A stretch of 64,000 bases of DNA from an uncultured Gammaproteobacteria bacterium (GTDB taxonomy: Bacteria > Pseudomonadota > Gammaproteobacteria > DRLM01): NCBI GenBank assembly GCA_963729605.1, contig CAVSNY010000005.1, positions 87,318 to 151,317 of the forward strand, read 5' to 3'. Positions 22,354 to 34,141 of this stretch are shown piece after piece (position 1 is the first letter of the stretch; every line of letters begins with the position of its first letter). The position numbers and the translations under genes were made by a program. A model generated the notes under the pieces. That model was not told where the DNA came from. It did no database searches and saw nothing but the letters and a program-made list of their open reading frames with translations.

Positions 22354-23436
22354 TTATAAAATCGCCCGCGGATAGGAGCCCAGCACCTTCAACATCGCCG
22401 CCTTGCCGGCCAGCGCCTCCAAGGCCTTGGCGACCTTGGGGTCTGTACCATGGCCTTCGATGTCGGCGAAAAACACATACTCCCACATCCCGCGCCGGGA
22501 AGGGCGCGATTCAATACGGGTCATCGAAATGCCGTGGGCGGCGAGCGGGGCCAACAAATCGTACAAGGCGCCCGGCCGGTTGGGCGCCGAGATCAGCAAT
22601 GAAGTTTTATCGCGGCCGGAAGGCGCCACCGTTTCGCGGCCGATCACCAGAAAGCGCGTGGTATTGTCGGGTTCGTCTTCGATGTTACCGGCCAACACCC
22701 GCAGCTGATAAATATCCGCGGCCTCGCGGCTGGCGATGGCCGCCGCGTCCGTCTCGCCCGCGACGTGCCGCGCCGCTTCGGCGTTGCTGCTCATCGCGAT
22801 CCGCTCGACGCCGGCCAGATGTTCGTCCAGCCACTCGCGGCACTGCGCCAAGGCCTGTTGATGGGCATAGACCCGCCGCACCGCTCCCAGCGCGTCGCCC
22901 TTGCTCAAGAGATTGTGATGGATGCGCAGCTGCACTTCGCCGACGATCTTGAGCGGCGAGTTGAGAAACATGTCGAGGGTGTGGGTGATGACGCCTTCCG
23001 TGGAATTTTCCACGGGCACCACGCCGTAGTGGCAGGCACCCGCCTCCACGTCGCGGAACACTTCGTCGATGGCGGCATGGGCCACCGTCACCACCGAGTG
23101 ACCGAAATGCTTTAACGCGGCCGCTTGAGTGAAGGTACCTTCCGGCCCCAGATAGGCGATGCGCATCGGTTGTTCGAGGGCGAGACAGGCCGACATGATC
23201 TCGCGGAACAACCGCGCCATTTCCTCGCCGCTGAGGGGACCCGGATTGCGCGCGATCACCTTGCGCAACACCTCGGCCTCGCGCTCGGGGCGGTAAAAAT
23301 TCGCGGCGGGAACGCCGTTCTTGAGTTCCGCCACCTCTTGGGCGCACTGGGCGCGCGCATTGATTAAGGCCTGGATTTGCTCATCAAGGCCGTCGATGCG
23401 ATCGCGTATCGCTTTGAGTTTGTCTTCGCCCATCAT
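22354..23436 (-). CDS. pheA: bifunctional chorismate mutase / prephenate dehydratase
   Basis: N-terminal CM domain LKAIRDRIDGLDEQIQALINARAQCAQEVAELK, then the PDT domain (RIAYLGPEGTFTQAA...) and a C-terminal ACT. The start is chosen at the internal MM. Confidence 0.9.
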   Translation of the reverse strand: MMGEDKLKAIRDRIDGLDEQIQALINARAQCAQEVAELKNGVPAANFYRPEREAEVLRKVIARNPGPLSGEEMARLFREIMSACLALEQPMRIAYLGPEGTFTQAAALKHFGHSVVTVAHAAIDEVFRDVEAGACHYGVVPVENSTEGVITHTLDMFLNSPLKIVGEVQLRIHHNLLSKGDALGAVRRVYAHQQALAQCREWLDEHLAGVERIAMSSNAEAARHVAGETDAAAIASREAADIYQLRVLAGNIEDEPDNTTRFLVIGRETVAPSGRDKTSLLISAPNRPGALYDLLAPLAAHGISMTRIESRPSRRGMWEYVFFADIEGHGTDPKVAKALEALAGKAAMLKVLGSYPRAIL

Positions 23437-23616
23437 CCGTCCGTCATGCGACGCGCATTCGCCGTCCGCTATTTTTACCTGTGCCAACCGTGAGCCGAAC
23501 CAATCAAAGGGTATTCTTTAAAGATACCTCTATTACTCTTTACTCTTCCTCGGTCTTAGCTCTCCCGCCAAGCGAGTTAAGGTAATGCCCAGCCTAATTT
23601 CAATACTGCATCACGC

Positions 23617-24780
23617 TTACATAACCCGCACCGAGAGCACCCCCGCGATACCCTTGATGCGCTGCAATACAGCCTCGGTCACCGGACGGTCGACGTCGGT
23701 CAAGGTGTAGGCGACCTCGCCCTTGGATTTATTGAGCATGTCGATGATGTTCAGCCCGGCCTCGGCCATGGCGGTGGAGATCTGCCCCACCATATTCGGC
23801 ACATTGGCGTTGGCGATGGCGATGCGATGGCCCTCGCTGCGCGGCATCACCACCTCGGGAAAGTTCACCGAGTTGGTGATATTGCCGTTCTCGAGAAATT
23901 CGCGCACCTGATCCGCCACCATCATCGCGCAATTGTCCTCGGCCTCGTTGGTGGAGGCGCCCAGGTGCGGCAGGGCGATCACCCGCGGGTGATTCTTCAA
24001 GCGTTGCGTCGGAAAGTCGCAGACGTACGCATGGACCTTGCCGCTGTCGAGACCCTCGGCAACCGCCTGTTCGTCGACGATGCCTTCGCGCGCGAAATTG
24101 AGCAGAGTCACGCCCTTCTTCATGAAGGCGAGACGCTCGCGGTTGATCATGTGGCGGGTCGCGTCCACCAGCGGCACGTGGAAGGTCACCATGTCCGCTT
24201 GCGCGAGCAGATCATCGAAGCTGCGCGCCTGCTGCACGTCCGCCGACAAACGCCAGGCGCTTTGTACGGTGATCTGCGGATCGTAGCCCAGCACCTTCAT
24301 GCCGAGTCTCTGCGCGGTATTGGCCACCATCACGCCGATGGCGCCGAGACCCACCACGCCCAAGGTGCGGCCGGGCAGCTCGAAACCCGCGTAATCCTTC
24401 TTGCCCGCTTCGACTTGTTTGCCGAGCGCGGCGTCGTCGCCCTCCAATTTGCGGGCGTAGTCCCAGGCCTGGCAGATGTTGCGCGCGGCGAGCAGCATGC
24501 CCGCCACCACCAGTTCCTTCACCGCGTTGGCGTTGGCGCCGGGTGCGTTGAATACCGGGATACCCTTCGTGCTCATCTCGTCCACGGGAATATTGTTGAC
24601 GCCCGCGCCGGCGCGCCCCACCGCCTTCACGCTGGGGGGAAGTTCCATGCCGTGCATCTTGAACGAGCGCAGCAGGATCGCGTCCGGGTTCTTGATCTCC
24701 GAGGCGATTTCGTAACGGTCGCGCGGCAGGCGTTCCAGCCCGGCCACCGAGATGTTGTTCAGCGTGAGTATCTTGAACAT
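23617..24780 (-). CDS. serA: D-3-phosphoglycerate dehydrogenase-like 2-hydroxyacid dehydrogenase with C-terminal ACT domain
   Basis: NAD-binding GVVGLGAIGVMVA, catalytic region ...ALPHLGASTNEA..., ACT-like C-terminus. Adjacent to serC. Confidence 0.8.
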   Translation of the reverse strand: MFKILTLNNISVAGLERLPRDRYEIASEIKNPDAILLRSFKMHGMELPPSVKAVGRAGAGVNNIPVDEMSTKGIPVFNAPGANANAVKELVVAGMLLAARNICQAWDYARKLEGDDAALGKQVEAGKKDYAGFELPGRTLGVVGLGAIGVMVANTAQRLGMKVLGYDPQITVQSAWRLSADVQQARSFDDLLAQADMVTFHVPLVDATRHMINRERLAFMKKGVTLLNFAREGIVDEQAVAEGLDSGKVHAYVCDFPTQRLKNHPRVIALPHLGASTNEAEDNCAMMVADQVREFLENGNITNSVNFPEVVMPRSEGHRIAIANANVPNMVGQISTAMAEAGLNIIDMLNKSKGEVAYTLTDVDRPVTEAVLQRIKGIAGVLSVRVM

Positions 24781-24894
24781 GCAACTCCTTTCAAAAACCT
24801 TTCAACGCAAAGACGCGAAGGCGCAAAGCAAAATCCCAAGAATTTTAAAACAACAAACTTTTGCGTCTTCGCGCCTTCGCGTCGGGTGTTTTCC

Positions 24895-25977
24895 TCAACC
24901 GTTGCGCCGCGCGAAATCCTTCATGAAATCGACCAGCGTATCGACGCCCGCCTCCGGCATGGCGTTGTAGAGGCTCGCGCGCATACCGCCCACCGAGCGA
25001 TGGCCTTCCAAGGTCTTGAGTCCAGCCTGGCCGGCCTCGGCGAGGAAGGTCTTTTCCAGTTTCTCATCGGCGATGGTGAACGGGACATTCATCCAGGAAC
25101 GGGCGCTCTTCTCCACCGGATTTTTATAAAAGCCCGAGGTGTCGATGGCGTTGTACAGTTTCTCCGCCTTACGTTGATTGATGGCGGCCATGGCCTGGAG
25201 GCCGCCTTTATTCTTCAAACGCTGGAATACCAGGCCGGCCAGATACCAGCCGTAGGTAGGCGGCGTGTTGTACATGGAACCATTGTCGGCGTGAATTTTA
25301 TAATCGAACATCGCGGGAGTGCCGGCCTGGGCGCCACCCAGCAAATCGTCGCGCACGATCACCACCGTCAGCCCGGCGGGACCGATGTTCTTCTGCGCGC
25401 CGGCGTAGATGACGGCGAATTTGCTCACGTCGATGGGTCGCGACAGGATGGTCGACGACATGTCGGCCACCAGCGGCACAGCGCCGGTGTCGGGTACCCA
25501 ATGGAATTCCACGCCGCCGATGGTCTCGTTGGGCGTGTAATGCACGTAGGCGGCGTCGCCGTCGAGTTTCCACTCGCCGCGCGCCGGTATCGAAGTGAAT
25601 TTACTCGCCTCGCTGCTGGCCGCGACGTTCACCGCGCAAAAACGCTTGGCCTCGTCGATGGCCTTCTTCGACCACATGCCGGTGTTGATGTAATCCGCGG
25701 ACTTTTTACCGCGCAGCAGATTGAGCGGCACCATGGAAAACTGGCTGCTGGCGCCACCCTGCAAAAACAGCACTTTGTAATTGGCGGGAATGGCCAACAA
25801 CTCGCGCAGATCGGCCTCGGCGCGTTCGGCGATGCTCATGAATTCCTTGCCGCGATGGCTCATCTCCATCACCGACATGCCGGAACCGTTCCAGTCCAGC
25901 ATCTCGTCCCGCGCCTGCTGCAATACGTCTTCCGGCAACACCGCCGGACCCGCACTGAAGTTATATATCCGCGACAT
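24895..25977 (-). CDS. serC: phosphoserine aminotransferase
   Basis: [22 protein letters not shown]... matches the SerC N-terminus, with a PLP-lysine region. Conserved position next to gyrA. Confidence 0.9.
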   Translation of the reverse strand: MSRIYNFSAGPAVLPEDVLQQARDEMLDWNGSGMSVMEMSHRGKEFMSIAERAEADLRELLAIPANYKVLFLQGGASSQFSMVPLNLLRGKKSADYINTGMWSKKAIDEAKRFCAVNVAASSEASKFTSIPARGEWKLDGDAAYVHYTPNETIGGVEFHWVPDTGAVPLVADMSSTILSRPIDVSKFAVIYAGAQKNIGPAGLTVVIVRDDLLGGAQAGTPAMFDYKIHADNGSMYNTPPTYGWYLAGLVFQRLKNKGGLQAMAAINQRKAEKLYNAIDTSGFYKNPVEKSARSWMNVPFTIADEKLEKTFLAEAGQAGLKTLEGHRSVGGMRASLYNAMPEAGVDTLVDFMKDFARRNG

Positions 25978-26155
25978 GAATCGACCTCTTGTTAATTACA
26001 AAACCCTCAACTCAAAGACGCGGAGAAAATGCACGAAAGTCTGAATGTCCCTTAGCCACCGATTAGCCAACGCGTCATCAATGATCGGCCTGTCTACCCG
26101 CGTTTCGATAATCCCTCTTTACTTCGCGTTCCTTCGCGTGTTCGCGCCTTTGTGT

Positions 26156-28738
26156 TTATTCATTCTCTTCCGGTGCGGCCGGCGGCTCGTCGCCGCCCTC
26201 TTCGCCGTTCAATTCCGGCTCGATGATGCGCTCTATCCCCACCAGTTTTTCCTCCTCGCCGGTGGCGATGAGTTTAACACCCTGGGTGTTGCGGCCCAAC
26301 ACGGAGATGCCGCTGGTCGCGGTGCGGATCAAGGTGCCGGCGTTGGTGATCAGCATCACTTCATCCTCCGCCGTCACCGGGATGGCGCCCACCACCGCGC
26401 CGTTGCGCTCGCTGGTCTGGATCGAGATCACGCCCTGGCCGCCGCGACCGTGCAGCGGATATTCATTCAATTCGGTGCGTTTGCCGTAGCCGTTTTCGGT
26501 GGCGGTCAATATGGTGTGACCTTCCTCCGCGATGATCAGGGCGATGACCTTATGGCCTTTGCCCAGGGTAATGCCGCGCACGCCGCGGGCGGTACGGCCC
26601 ATCGGCCGCACATGCGACTCGTTGAAGCGCACGCATTTCCCGGAACTGCTGAACAGCAGCACGTCGCGGCTGCCGTCGGTGATCGCGACGCCGACCAGAT
26701 GATCGTCCTCGCGCAGTTCGACGGCGATGATGCCGCTGGTGCGCGGCCGCGAAAAATCGGTGAGCGGGGTCTTCTTCACCGTGCCGCTGGCGGTGGCCAT
26801 GAAAATGAATTTGTCCGCCGCGTATTCGCGGATCGGCAAGATCGCGGTGATGCGTTCGCCCTCTTCCAGCGGCAGCAAGTTGACGATGGGTTTGCCGCGC
26901 GAATTGCGGCTGGCCTGCGGCAATTCATAGACCTTTTTCCAATACACCTTGCCGCGATTGGAGAAACACAGAATCGTGTCGTGGGTGCTGGCGATCAGCA
27001 GCTTGTCGATGAAGTCCTCTTCTTTCACCGCCGCCGCCGATTTGCCGCGACCGCCGCGTTTTTGGGTGCGGTACTCGGTCAAAGGCTGGGCCTTGGCGTA
27101 GCCGGCGTGCGACAGCGTCACCACCACGTCCTCTTCCGTAATGAGGTCTTCGAGGCTGAGATCCTGGTGGGTGATCATGATCTCGGTGCGGCGCGCGTCG
27201 CCGTATTGCGCCTTGATCGCCAGCAACTCCTCGCGGATCACTTGCAGCAGGCGGTCGGGATTGCCGAGGATTTCCAGCAGCTCGCCGATATTGACCAGGA
27301 TTTCCTTGTACTCGTTGACGATCTTTTCCTGCTCGAGACCGGTGAGGGTGTGCAGGCGCAAATCGAGAATGGCCTTGGCCTGCGCATCGGATAAACGATA
27401 ACCGTCATCGACGAGGCCCAACTCCGGCGCGAGATTATCGGGCCGCGAAGCCGACGCGCCGGCGCGCGACAGCATTTCAACGACCAGACCCGCGGCCCAG
27501 GCCCGCGCCATCAAACCTTCCTTGGCCACCGCCGGATTGGGCGCGGCCTTGATCAGGGCGATGATGGGATCGATGTTGGCCAGCGCCACCGCCAGGCCTT
27601 CCAAGATGTGGGCGCGTTCGCGCGCCTTGCGCAACTCGAATACCGTGCGCCGCGTCACCACCTCGCGGCGATGGCGGATGAAGGCTTCCAGAATTTGCTT
27701 GAGATTGAGCAAGCGCGGCTGGCCGTCCATCACCACGACCATATTGATGCCGAACACGCTTTGCATCGAGGTGTGCTGGTAGAGATTGTTCAGCACCACT
27801 TCGGGCATTTCGCCGCGGCGCAGCTCGATGAACATGCGCATGCCGTCCTTGTCGGACTCGTCGCGCAGCTCGGTGATGCCTTCGATGCGTTTCTCTTTGA
27901 CCAGATCGGCGATTTTTTCCAGCAGGGTGGCCTTGTTCACCTGATACGGCAACTCGGTGACGATGATGGATTGCCGGCCTTTGCCGTCTTCCTCGATGTG
28001 GGTGCGGGCCCGCACGTAGATGCGGCCACGGCCGGTGTGATAGGCCTCATGGATGCCGCGCGCGCCGTTGATGATGGCGGCGGTCGGGAAATCCGGACCG
28101 GGTATCAGCTTCATCAATCCCAAAATATCGATGGCCGGATCGTCGATCACCGCGAGGCAGCCGTCGATCACCTCGTTCAAATTGTGGGGCGGCACGTTGG
28201 TGGCGAGCCCGACCGCGATGCCGGCCGCGCCGTTGATCAGCAGATTGGGGATCTTGGCGGGAAAGACGGTGGGTTCGCGCTCCGACTCGTCGTAGTTCGG
28301 CGCGAAGTCGACGGTCTCCTTGTCGAGGTCGGCCAGCAGCTCGTGGGCGATGCGCGCCATGCGCACCTCGGTGTAACGCATCGCCGCCGGGGCGTCGCCG
28401 TCCACCGAACCGAAATTGCCCTGGCCGTCGACCAGCATGTAGCGCAGCGAAAAGGGCTGGGCCATGCGGACGATGGTGTCGTAGACCGCGGTGTCGCCGT
28501 GGGGGTGGTATTTACCGATGACGTCGCCGACCACGCGCGCCGACTTTTTGTAAGGCTTGTTCCAGTCGTTGCTCAATTCGCTCATGGCGAATAGCACGCG
28601 CCGGTGCACCGGCTTGAGCCCGTCGCGGACGTCGGGCAGGGCCCGGCCCACGATCACGCTCATGGCGTACTCCATATAGGAGGTCCGCATCTCGTCTTCG
28701 ATATTGACGGACAGGACTTCTTTGGCGAATTCGGTCAT
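26156..28738 (-). CDS. gyrA: DNA gyrase subunit A
   Basis: QRDR region [20 protein letters not shown], active-site AMRYTE, and C-terminal beta-pinwheel repeats. 860 aa. Confidence 0.95.
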   Translation of the reverse strand: MTEFAKEVLSVNIEDEMRTSYMEYAMSVIVGRALPDVRDGLKPVHRRVLFAMSELSNDWNKPYKKSARVVGDVIGKYHPHGDTAVYDTIVRMAQPFSLRYMLVDGQGNFGSVDGDAPAAMRYTEVRMARIAHELLADLDKETVDFAPNYDESEREPTVFPAKIPNLLINGAAGIAVGLATNVPPHNLNEVIDGCLAVIDDPAIDILGLMKLIPGPDFPTAAIINGARGIHEAYHTGRGRIYVRARTHIEEDGKGRQSIIVTELPYQVNKATLLEKIADLVKEKRIEGITELRDESDKDGMRMFIELRRGEMPEVVLNNLYQHTSMQSVFGINMVVVMDGQPRLLNLKQILEAFIRHRREVVTRRTVFELRKARERAHILEGLAVALANIDPIIALIKAAPNPAVAKEGLMARAWAAGLVVEMLSRAGASASRPDNLAPELGLVDDGYRLSDAQAKAILDLRLHTLTGLEQEKIVNEYKEILVNIGELLEILGNPDRLLQVIREELLAIKAQYGDARRTEIMITHQDLSLEDLITEEDVVVTLSHAGYAKAQPLTEYRTQKRGGRGKSAAAVKEEDFIDKLLIASTHDTILCFSNRGKVYWKKVYELPQASRNSRGKPIVNLLPLEEGERITAILPIREYAADKFIFMATASGTVKKTPLTDFSRPRTSGIIAVELREDDHLVGVAITDGSRDVLLFSSSGKCVRFNESHVRPMGRTARGVRGITLGKGHKVIALIIAEEGHTILTATENGYGKRTELNEYPLHGRGGQGVISIQTSERNGAVVGAIPVTAEDEVMLITNAGTLIRTATSGISVLGRNTQGVKLIATGEEEKLVGIERIIEPELNGEEGGDEPPAAPEENE

Positions 28739-28888
28739 GACTGCGCAATTCCTTTCCAGAGACTAGGCCACCGCCGGCGCCCCAGCCGCAAGTAGCTTCT
28801 TGTCCAAACGGGAAATTCTAACACAGGCGGCGGCTGCATCGCAGCTCGGGCGCACGAGGCGGGCGGACGGAATCCGAGGACCGGCGAC

Positions 28889-30004
28889 TCAAGGACGGCC
28901 GCGCATCATCGCCGCCATCTTCTCCGCATTCGGCGCGGTCACCACACCCTTTTCGGTGACGATGACGTCCACCAACCCGGCCGGCGTGACGTCGAAGGAC
29001 GGGTTCCAGGCCAGCGCCCCTTCCGCCGCCACCCGCTGGCCGCCCAGGCTCAACACCTCGTCCGGCGAGCGGTTCTCGATGTGGATCTCCGCGCCGCTCT
29101 TGATCTTCATGTCCACCGTCGAGGTGGGCGCCACCACCATGAATTTCACGCCGTGATACCGCGCCGCGACCGCCAGGTTGTAAGTGCCGATCTTATTGGC
29201 GACGTCGCCGTTGGCGGCGATGCGGTCCGAACCGACGATGGCCCAGGTCACGCCGCCCTGCTTCATCAAATGCGCGGCCGCGCCGTCGGCGATCAGGGTG
29301 ACCGGGATCTCGTCCTGCACCAGCTCCCAAGCGGTGAGCCGCGCGCCCTGCAGCCAGGGGCGGGTTTCGTCGGCGTAAACGCGTTCGATCTTGCCCGCGG
29401 CGTAAGCCGAACGAATCACCCCGAGGGCCGTGCCGTAACCGCCGGTGGCCAGCGAACCGGTATTGCAATGGGTCAACACCAGGCCACGGCTTTGAATACA
29501 GGCCGCGCCCAATTCGCCCATGCGGCGGTTGGCGGCGATGTCTTCCTCGTGAATCCGGCGGGCCTCGGCCAGCAGGGCCGGCACGGGGTCGCCGCTTGCG
29601 GCGGGGCTGTTTCCGCTGGAAAGACCCTCTCCCGCTTGCGGGAGAGGGTGAATAGCGTGGATTGAATTGATCTTGGCGCGCATCCGTTCCAGCGCCCAGA
29701 ACAGATTGACCGCCGTGGGCCGGGAGTCGGCGAGACGTTGCAGATCCTGTTCGATATCCTGCCGCCAGGTCGCCGCCGAACGGGCATACCGCGCGCGCGC
29801 CGCCAGCACCACCCCGTAGGCCGCCGTCACCCCGATGGCAGGCGCGCCGCGCACCACCATATCGCGTATGGCCGCCGCCACCCCGGCGGCGTCTTCCAGC
29901 AATACTTGCTCGTGACGCAACGGCAAGACCCGCTGGTCGAGCAATTTCAAACCCTGTTCCGTCCATTCCACCGCCCGGATGGAATCGTGGCGCGTCTCTG
30001 TCAT
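28889..30004 (-). CDS. mtnA: S-methyl-5-thioribose-1-phosphate isomerase
   Basis: eIF-2B-like family: [17 protein letters not shown]...[14 protein letters not shown]...[18 protein letters not shown]. The start is set at MTETRH (ATG at 30004). Confidence 0.85.
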   Translation of the reverse strand: MTETRHDSIRAVEWTEQGLKLLDQRVLPLRHEQVLLEDAAGVAAAIRDMVVRGAPAIGVTAAYGVVLAARARYARSAATWRQDIEQDLQRLADSRPTAVNLFWALERMRAKINSIHAIHPLPQAGEGLSSGNSPAASGDPVPALLAEARRIHEEDIAANRRMGELGAACIQSRGLVLTHCNTGSLATGGYGTALGVIRSAYAAGKIERVYADETRPWLQGARLTAWELVQDEIPVTLIADGAAAHLMKQGGVTWAIVGSDRIAANGDVANKIGTYNLAVAARYHGVKFMVVAPTSTVDMKIKSGAEIHIENRSPDEVLSLGGQRVAAEGALAWNPSFDVTPAGLVDVIVTEKGVVTAPNAEKMAAMMRGRP

Positions 30005-30245
30005 GGCCAACCTCTCGCTGATGAAGGGCGCATGATAACGGTCCGGCGCCGGGGCGGCAAAGGGCGGTTCAAGCCCCGCGCCGCGGGCCGATACATTCAA
30101 CACCCGCCGGTAACTCGACCGCTACCGGCAAGGTTTTGAATAAAACACGGCGTGATCGTTCCACCCTGTCTGGCACCGACCGGCACGACAACGGGACGTC
30201 AGCGCCATGTCATGGATAATCAGTGAAACCGAGGACAGCCTGGAA

Positions 30246-30851
30246 ATGCGCACCATCGCCGCCTTATTGCTCAGCCTGCTTACCGTCCTCTGGCAAGCCG
30301 CGGCCGCCGGGCCCATCAGCCTGGCCGATCATGCCGCGAATATCCTGGCCGCCAATGCCGCCAATGCCGCCGATGCCGCCGCGGCGCCCGCCGCCGGCGA
30401 CGACCGAACGGGATCGGCCGGTCATGACGCCGTCCCCGCCGCGGCGCCGGAAGCCGTTATGACTCCGCCGCCCACACCGGAAATGCAGTTCGTCTCCCTC
30501 GGCCGCATCACCTTCATATTCGATAAATGGACGCTCACCGACCAGAGCAAACGCACCCTCGACACGGCCGCGCGTTATCTCGCCGACCACCCGGGCGCCA
30601 GCCGCCTGTTGATCCGCGGCCACACCGACCGAGTCGGGCGCCAATCTTATAACGACGGTTTGTCCGACCGGCGCGCCGCCGCCGTGCTCGATTATCTAGT
30701 CAAGCAGGGCGTGCCCCTCGAACAGGTGCGTTGGGAAGGTCACGGCGAACATGCGCCGATCGACGAAAATTGGACGCGGCTCGGCCGGGCACGTAACCGG
30801 CAGGTAGAAATGTTCGCCATTTTCCCGACCGCCGCCGTGTCCGCGCGCTAA
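30246..30851 (+). CDS. OmpA-family (OmpA_C-like) periplasmic/outer-membrane protein with Ala/Asn-rich linker
   Basis: Signal peptide MRTIAALLLSLLTVLWQAAAAG, a low-complexity ANAANAADAAAAPAAG tract, and a C-terminal OmpA-like domain FDKWTLTDQSKRTLDTAARYLADHPGASRLLIRGHTDRVGRQSYNDGLSDRRAAAVLDYLVKQGV. Confidence 0.7.
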   Translation: MRTIAALLLSLLTVLWQAAAAGPISLADHAANILAANAANAADAAAAPAAGDDRTGSAGHDAVPAAAPEAVMTPPPTPEMQFVSLGRITFIFDKWTLTDQSKRTLDTAARYLADHPGASRLLIRGHTDRVGRQSYNDGLSDRRAAAVLDYLVKQGVPLEQVRWEGHGEHAPIDENWTRLGRARNRQVEMFAIFPTAAVSAR

Positions 30852-31021
30852 ATCATCCTCGCCGTCACCAGACCCGCTTGCGTAAAAGGATGCCCTCACC
30901 AAGACGCCGTTGACTCTGCGTCCACTTCGCACCCGCATCCCCCACTTTGAATCACCGCGCCGGACTGGCGCGCGTTATGGCTTGCGGTATACTCGCGCGA
31001 AGCCCTCACCGCATCGGACTT

Positions 31022-32342
31022 ATGGACCAGGTCGACACGCTGATACACGCCCGCTGGATCATTCCGGTGGAACCCGACGACACCGTTCACGAACACCATA
31101 GCCTCGCCATCAAAAACGGCCGCATCCATGCGATCGTCCCCGGCGCCGAGGCGCGGCGGCGTTATCACGCCGACGTCGAACTTGATCTGGCCGAACACGC
31201 GTTGATCCCCGGCCTCATCAACACCCACACCCACGCGGCGATGAGTCTGTTCCGCGGCCTTGCCGACGATCTGCCGTTGATGGAGTGGCTGACTAATCAC
31301 ATCTGGCCGGCCGAAGGCGCCTGGGTCAGCCCCGAATTCGTTTACGACGGCACGCGGCTGGCGATGGCCGAGATGTTGCGCGGCGGCACCACCTGCTTCA
31401 ACGACATGTATTTCTTCCCCGACGAGACCGCGCGCGCCGCCGATACCGCTCAGATGCGCGCGGCGGTCGGCATGATCCTCATCGACTTCCCCACCGCCTG
31501 GGCGGCGAACGCGCAGGAATACATCGACAAGGGCCTCGCGCTGCACGATCGACTACAAGAATCATCCGCTGATTCGCACGCTGTTCGCGCCACACGCGCC
31601 TTACACCGTGTCCGACGGACCGCTGGAGCACATGCGGACCCTGGCGGATCAGTTGAACGTACCCATCCACATGCACGTGCACGAGACCGCCTTCGAGGTG
31701 CAGGAAGCGGTGAACAAACTCGGCGAACGGCCGCTCGCGCGTCTGGAAAAACTCGGCCTGCTCACCCCGCAATTGCTGGCGGTGCACATGACCCAGCTCA
31801 GCGACGACGAGATCGCGGCCTGCGCCCGCGCCGGTGTCAGCGTCATCCACTGCCCCGAATCCAATCTCAAACTCGCGAGCGGTTTTTGCCCGGTGCATAA
31901 ACTCGTGAGCGCCGGCGTCAACGTCGCGCTCGGCACCGACGGCGCCGCCAGCAACAACGACCTCGACATGTTCAGCGAGATGCGCACCGCCGCCCTGCTC
32001 GCCAAGGCGGTGGCCGGCGACGCCAGCGCCCTGCCCGCCGCCGCCGCGCTGCGCATGGCGACGCTCAACGGGGCCAAGGCGCTGTGCATCGACGACGAGG
32101 CCGGTTCGCTCTGGCCCGGCAAGTCGGCGGACATCACCGCGGTGCGCCTCGGCGACATCGAGACCCAGCCGCTGTATCATCCGGTCTCGCAACTGGTCTA
32201 CGCCACCGGCCGCGACAAGGTCAGCGACGTGTGGGTGGCCGGGCGCCATCTGCTCAAGGACCGCGCGCTCACCACCCTCGACGAAACCGAGTTGAAGGCC
32301 AAGGCGGCGGCGTGGCAGCAAAAGATTCGCAAATACGATTAA
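31022..32342 (+). pseudogene. mtaD: 5-methylthioadenosine/S-adenosylhomocysteine deaminase (TRZ/ATZ amidohydrolase), apparent +1 frameshift near 31550
   Basis: The N-terminal ORF (30947..31900) carries LINTHTHAAMSLFRG. The C-terminal ORF (31608..32342) carries HVHET...[12 protein letters not shown]. The true reading ...[36 protein letters not shown]... is restored by removing one nt from ctgcacgatCgactacaag (31541-31559). Confidence 0.6.
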
Positions 32343-32386
32343 CGGGTAATCCATGAACCGAGCAACTCAACATCGATCCCGCCGAG

Positions 32387-33082
32387 GTGGCGAAATTCAA
32401 TCAGTCCGCCATGCGCTGGTGGGACCCCAACAGCGAATACAAACCGCTGCACGACATCAATCCGCTGCGCCTCGACTACATCGACCAGCGGGTCGGCCTC
32501 GCCGGCAAACAGGTGGTGGACGTCGGCTGCGGCGGCGGCATCCTCGCCGAAAGCATGGCGGCGCGCGGCGCCGAGGTCACCGGCATCGACATGGCGGACA
32601 GCGCGCTGTCGGTGGCCAGGCTGCACGCGCTGGAGTCGCGGGTGAAGGTCGATTACCGGCGGATCACCGCCGAAGAATTCGCCGCGCAAAATCCCGCCGC
32701 CTTCGACGTGGTGACCTGCATGGAACTGCTGGAGCACGTGCCTGATCCGGCCTCGCTGATCGCCGCCTGCGCGGCCTTGGCCAAACCCGGCGGACAGGTG
32801 TTTTTCTCCACCCTCAATCGCAACCCAAAGGCCTACGTGTTCGCGGTATTGGGCGCGGAATATTTATTGAAATTCCTGCCGAGGGGCACCCACGACTACG
32901 CCAAATTCATCCGCCCCGCCGAGCTGGCGCGCTGGACCCGCCGCGCCGGCCTGCACCTCGACCACCTCGCCGGTCTGAGTTACAACCCGCTCACCAAACA
33001 CTATCAGCTCAACGACGACGTCTCGGTCAATTACCTGGCCCACACCGTCAAAGAAAACGGCGGCGGACCGTTGCGGCCATGA
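32387..33082 (+). CDS. ubiG: bifunctional 3-demethylubiquinol 3-O-methyltransferase / 2-polyprenyl-6-hydroxyphenol methylase
   Basis: [32 protein letters not shown]...[13 protein letters not shown]...ELLEHVPDP is the canonical UbiG. The track start is a GTG. An upstream ATG at 32353 (MNRATQ) runs in another frame into [10 protein letters not shown], so the N-terminus is uncertain. Confidence 0.85.
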   Translation: MAKFNQSAMRWWDPNSEYKPLHDINPLRLDYIDQRVGLAGKQVVDVGCGGGILAESMAARGAEVTGIDMADSALSVARLHALESRVKVDYRRITAEEFAAQNPAAFDVVTCMELLEHVPDPASLIAACAALAKPGGQVFFSTLNRNPKAYVFAVLGAEYLLKFLPRGTHDYAKFIRPAELARWTRRAGLHLDHLAGLSYNPLTKHYQLNDDVSVNYLAHTVKENGGGPLRP

Positions 33083-33170
33083 CGAAGCCGCGTGGCGCCG
33101 ACTGAGCTGGCGATAGGCTTCGTGCGCGTGTCCCGGCCCCCGGCTCATCGAGGCAGGGGCGTGACTAAAT

Positions 33171-33327
33171 TTAAGGAACCTCTGATTTATTAGAGGTTCC
33201 GTGCGGTGCAGGGATGCGCCGCCCTTTCTCGAACACGCAAGTGTTCGAGAATGAAGAAAAATAAAAATCACATTTTTGGTTTTCGTCCCTGAAAAATCCA
33301 GGGATGGATTTTTCAGGGCTTCCTTAA
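33171..33327. mobile_element. MITE-like 157-bp repeat, copy 2 (terminal inverted repeats TTAAGGAACCTCTGATTT / complement of ...CAGGGCTTCCTTAA)
   Basis: Its termini and several internal blocks (gaatgaag, aaaatcacat, ccctgaaaaatccagggatgga) match the copies at 19920 and 35458. Internal palindromes. Located in the ubiG-gph intergenic region. Confidence 0.55.
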
Positions 33328-33344
33328 ATAAAACGGTTCTCCTC

Positions 33345-34037
33345 ATGACCTCGCCCTCTCACCTCCCGGGTTTACGCACCGTGCTGTTCGATCTCGACGG
33401 CACCCTGGCCGACACCGCGCCCGACCTCGCCTACGCCCTCAACGCCCTGTTGACCGAACAGGGCCGCGCGCCGCTGCCGTATGCCGCGATCCGGCCGGTG
33501 GTGTCTCACGGCGCCACCGCGCTGGTGCGGCTGGGCTTCGCGGTGGCGCCGGAGAGCGCCGAATTCAGCGCCCTCCGCCAGCGGCTATTGGATTTATATC
33601 AATACAACGTCGCCCGCGAGACCCGGCTGTTCGACGGCATGCCGGCCGTGCTCCGGCACATTGAAGGCGCGGGCCTCAACTGGGGGGTGGTCACCAACAA
33701 ACCCGCCTTCCTCACCGAACCGCTGATGCGGGCACTGGATCTCGCCACCCGCGCGATCTGCATCGTCAGCGGCGACACCACCGCCCGCCGCAAACCCCAC
33801 CCCGACCCGCTGCTGCACGCCTGCCGGCTGGCCGGCAGCGCCGCGGCGCAATGCCTGTACATCGGCGACGCCGAGCGGGACATCCAGGCCGGCCGCGACG
33901 CCGGCATGCCCACCCTGGTGGCCGCCTTCGGCTACCTCGGCGCCGACGACCGGCCCGAAACCTGGGGCGCCGACGGCCTGGTCCACCAGCCGGCCGACAT
34001 CATCCGCTGGCTGGACACCCGCGCCGCCGCGCCCTGA
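33345..34037 (+). CDS. gph: HAD-superfamily phosphoglycolate phosphatase
   Basis: Motif I VLFDLDGTLADT, motif II/III ...VTNKP..., ...YIGDAERDIQAGRDAG. Conserved position after ubiG. Confidence 0.8.
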   Translation: MTSPSHLPGLRTVLFDLDGTLADTAPDLAYALNALLTEQGRAPLPYAAIRPVVSHGATALVRLGFAVAPESAEFSALRQRLLDLYQYNVARETRLFDGMPAVLRHIEGAGLNWGVVTNKPAFLTEPLMRALDLATRAICIVSGDTTARRKPHPDPLLHACRLAGSAAAQCLYIGDAERDIQAGRDAGMPTLVAAFGYLGADDRPETWGADGLVHQPADIIRWLDTRAAAP

Positions 34038-34141
34038 CTCAATCTCCCCGCCCCGGCGGCCGACACAGTGCAGGCCCCCCGCGGCGCGGAAGCGGATACA
34101 CTACTGCCCCAGCCAGACTTACCGGAGAAGTACCTTTCATC

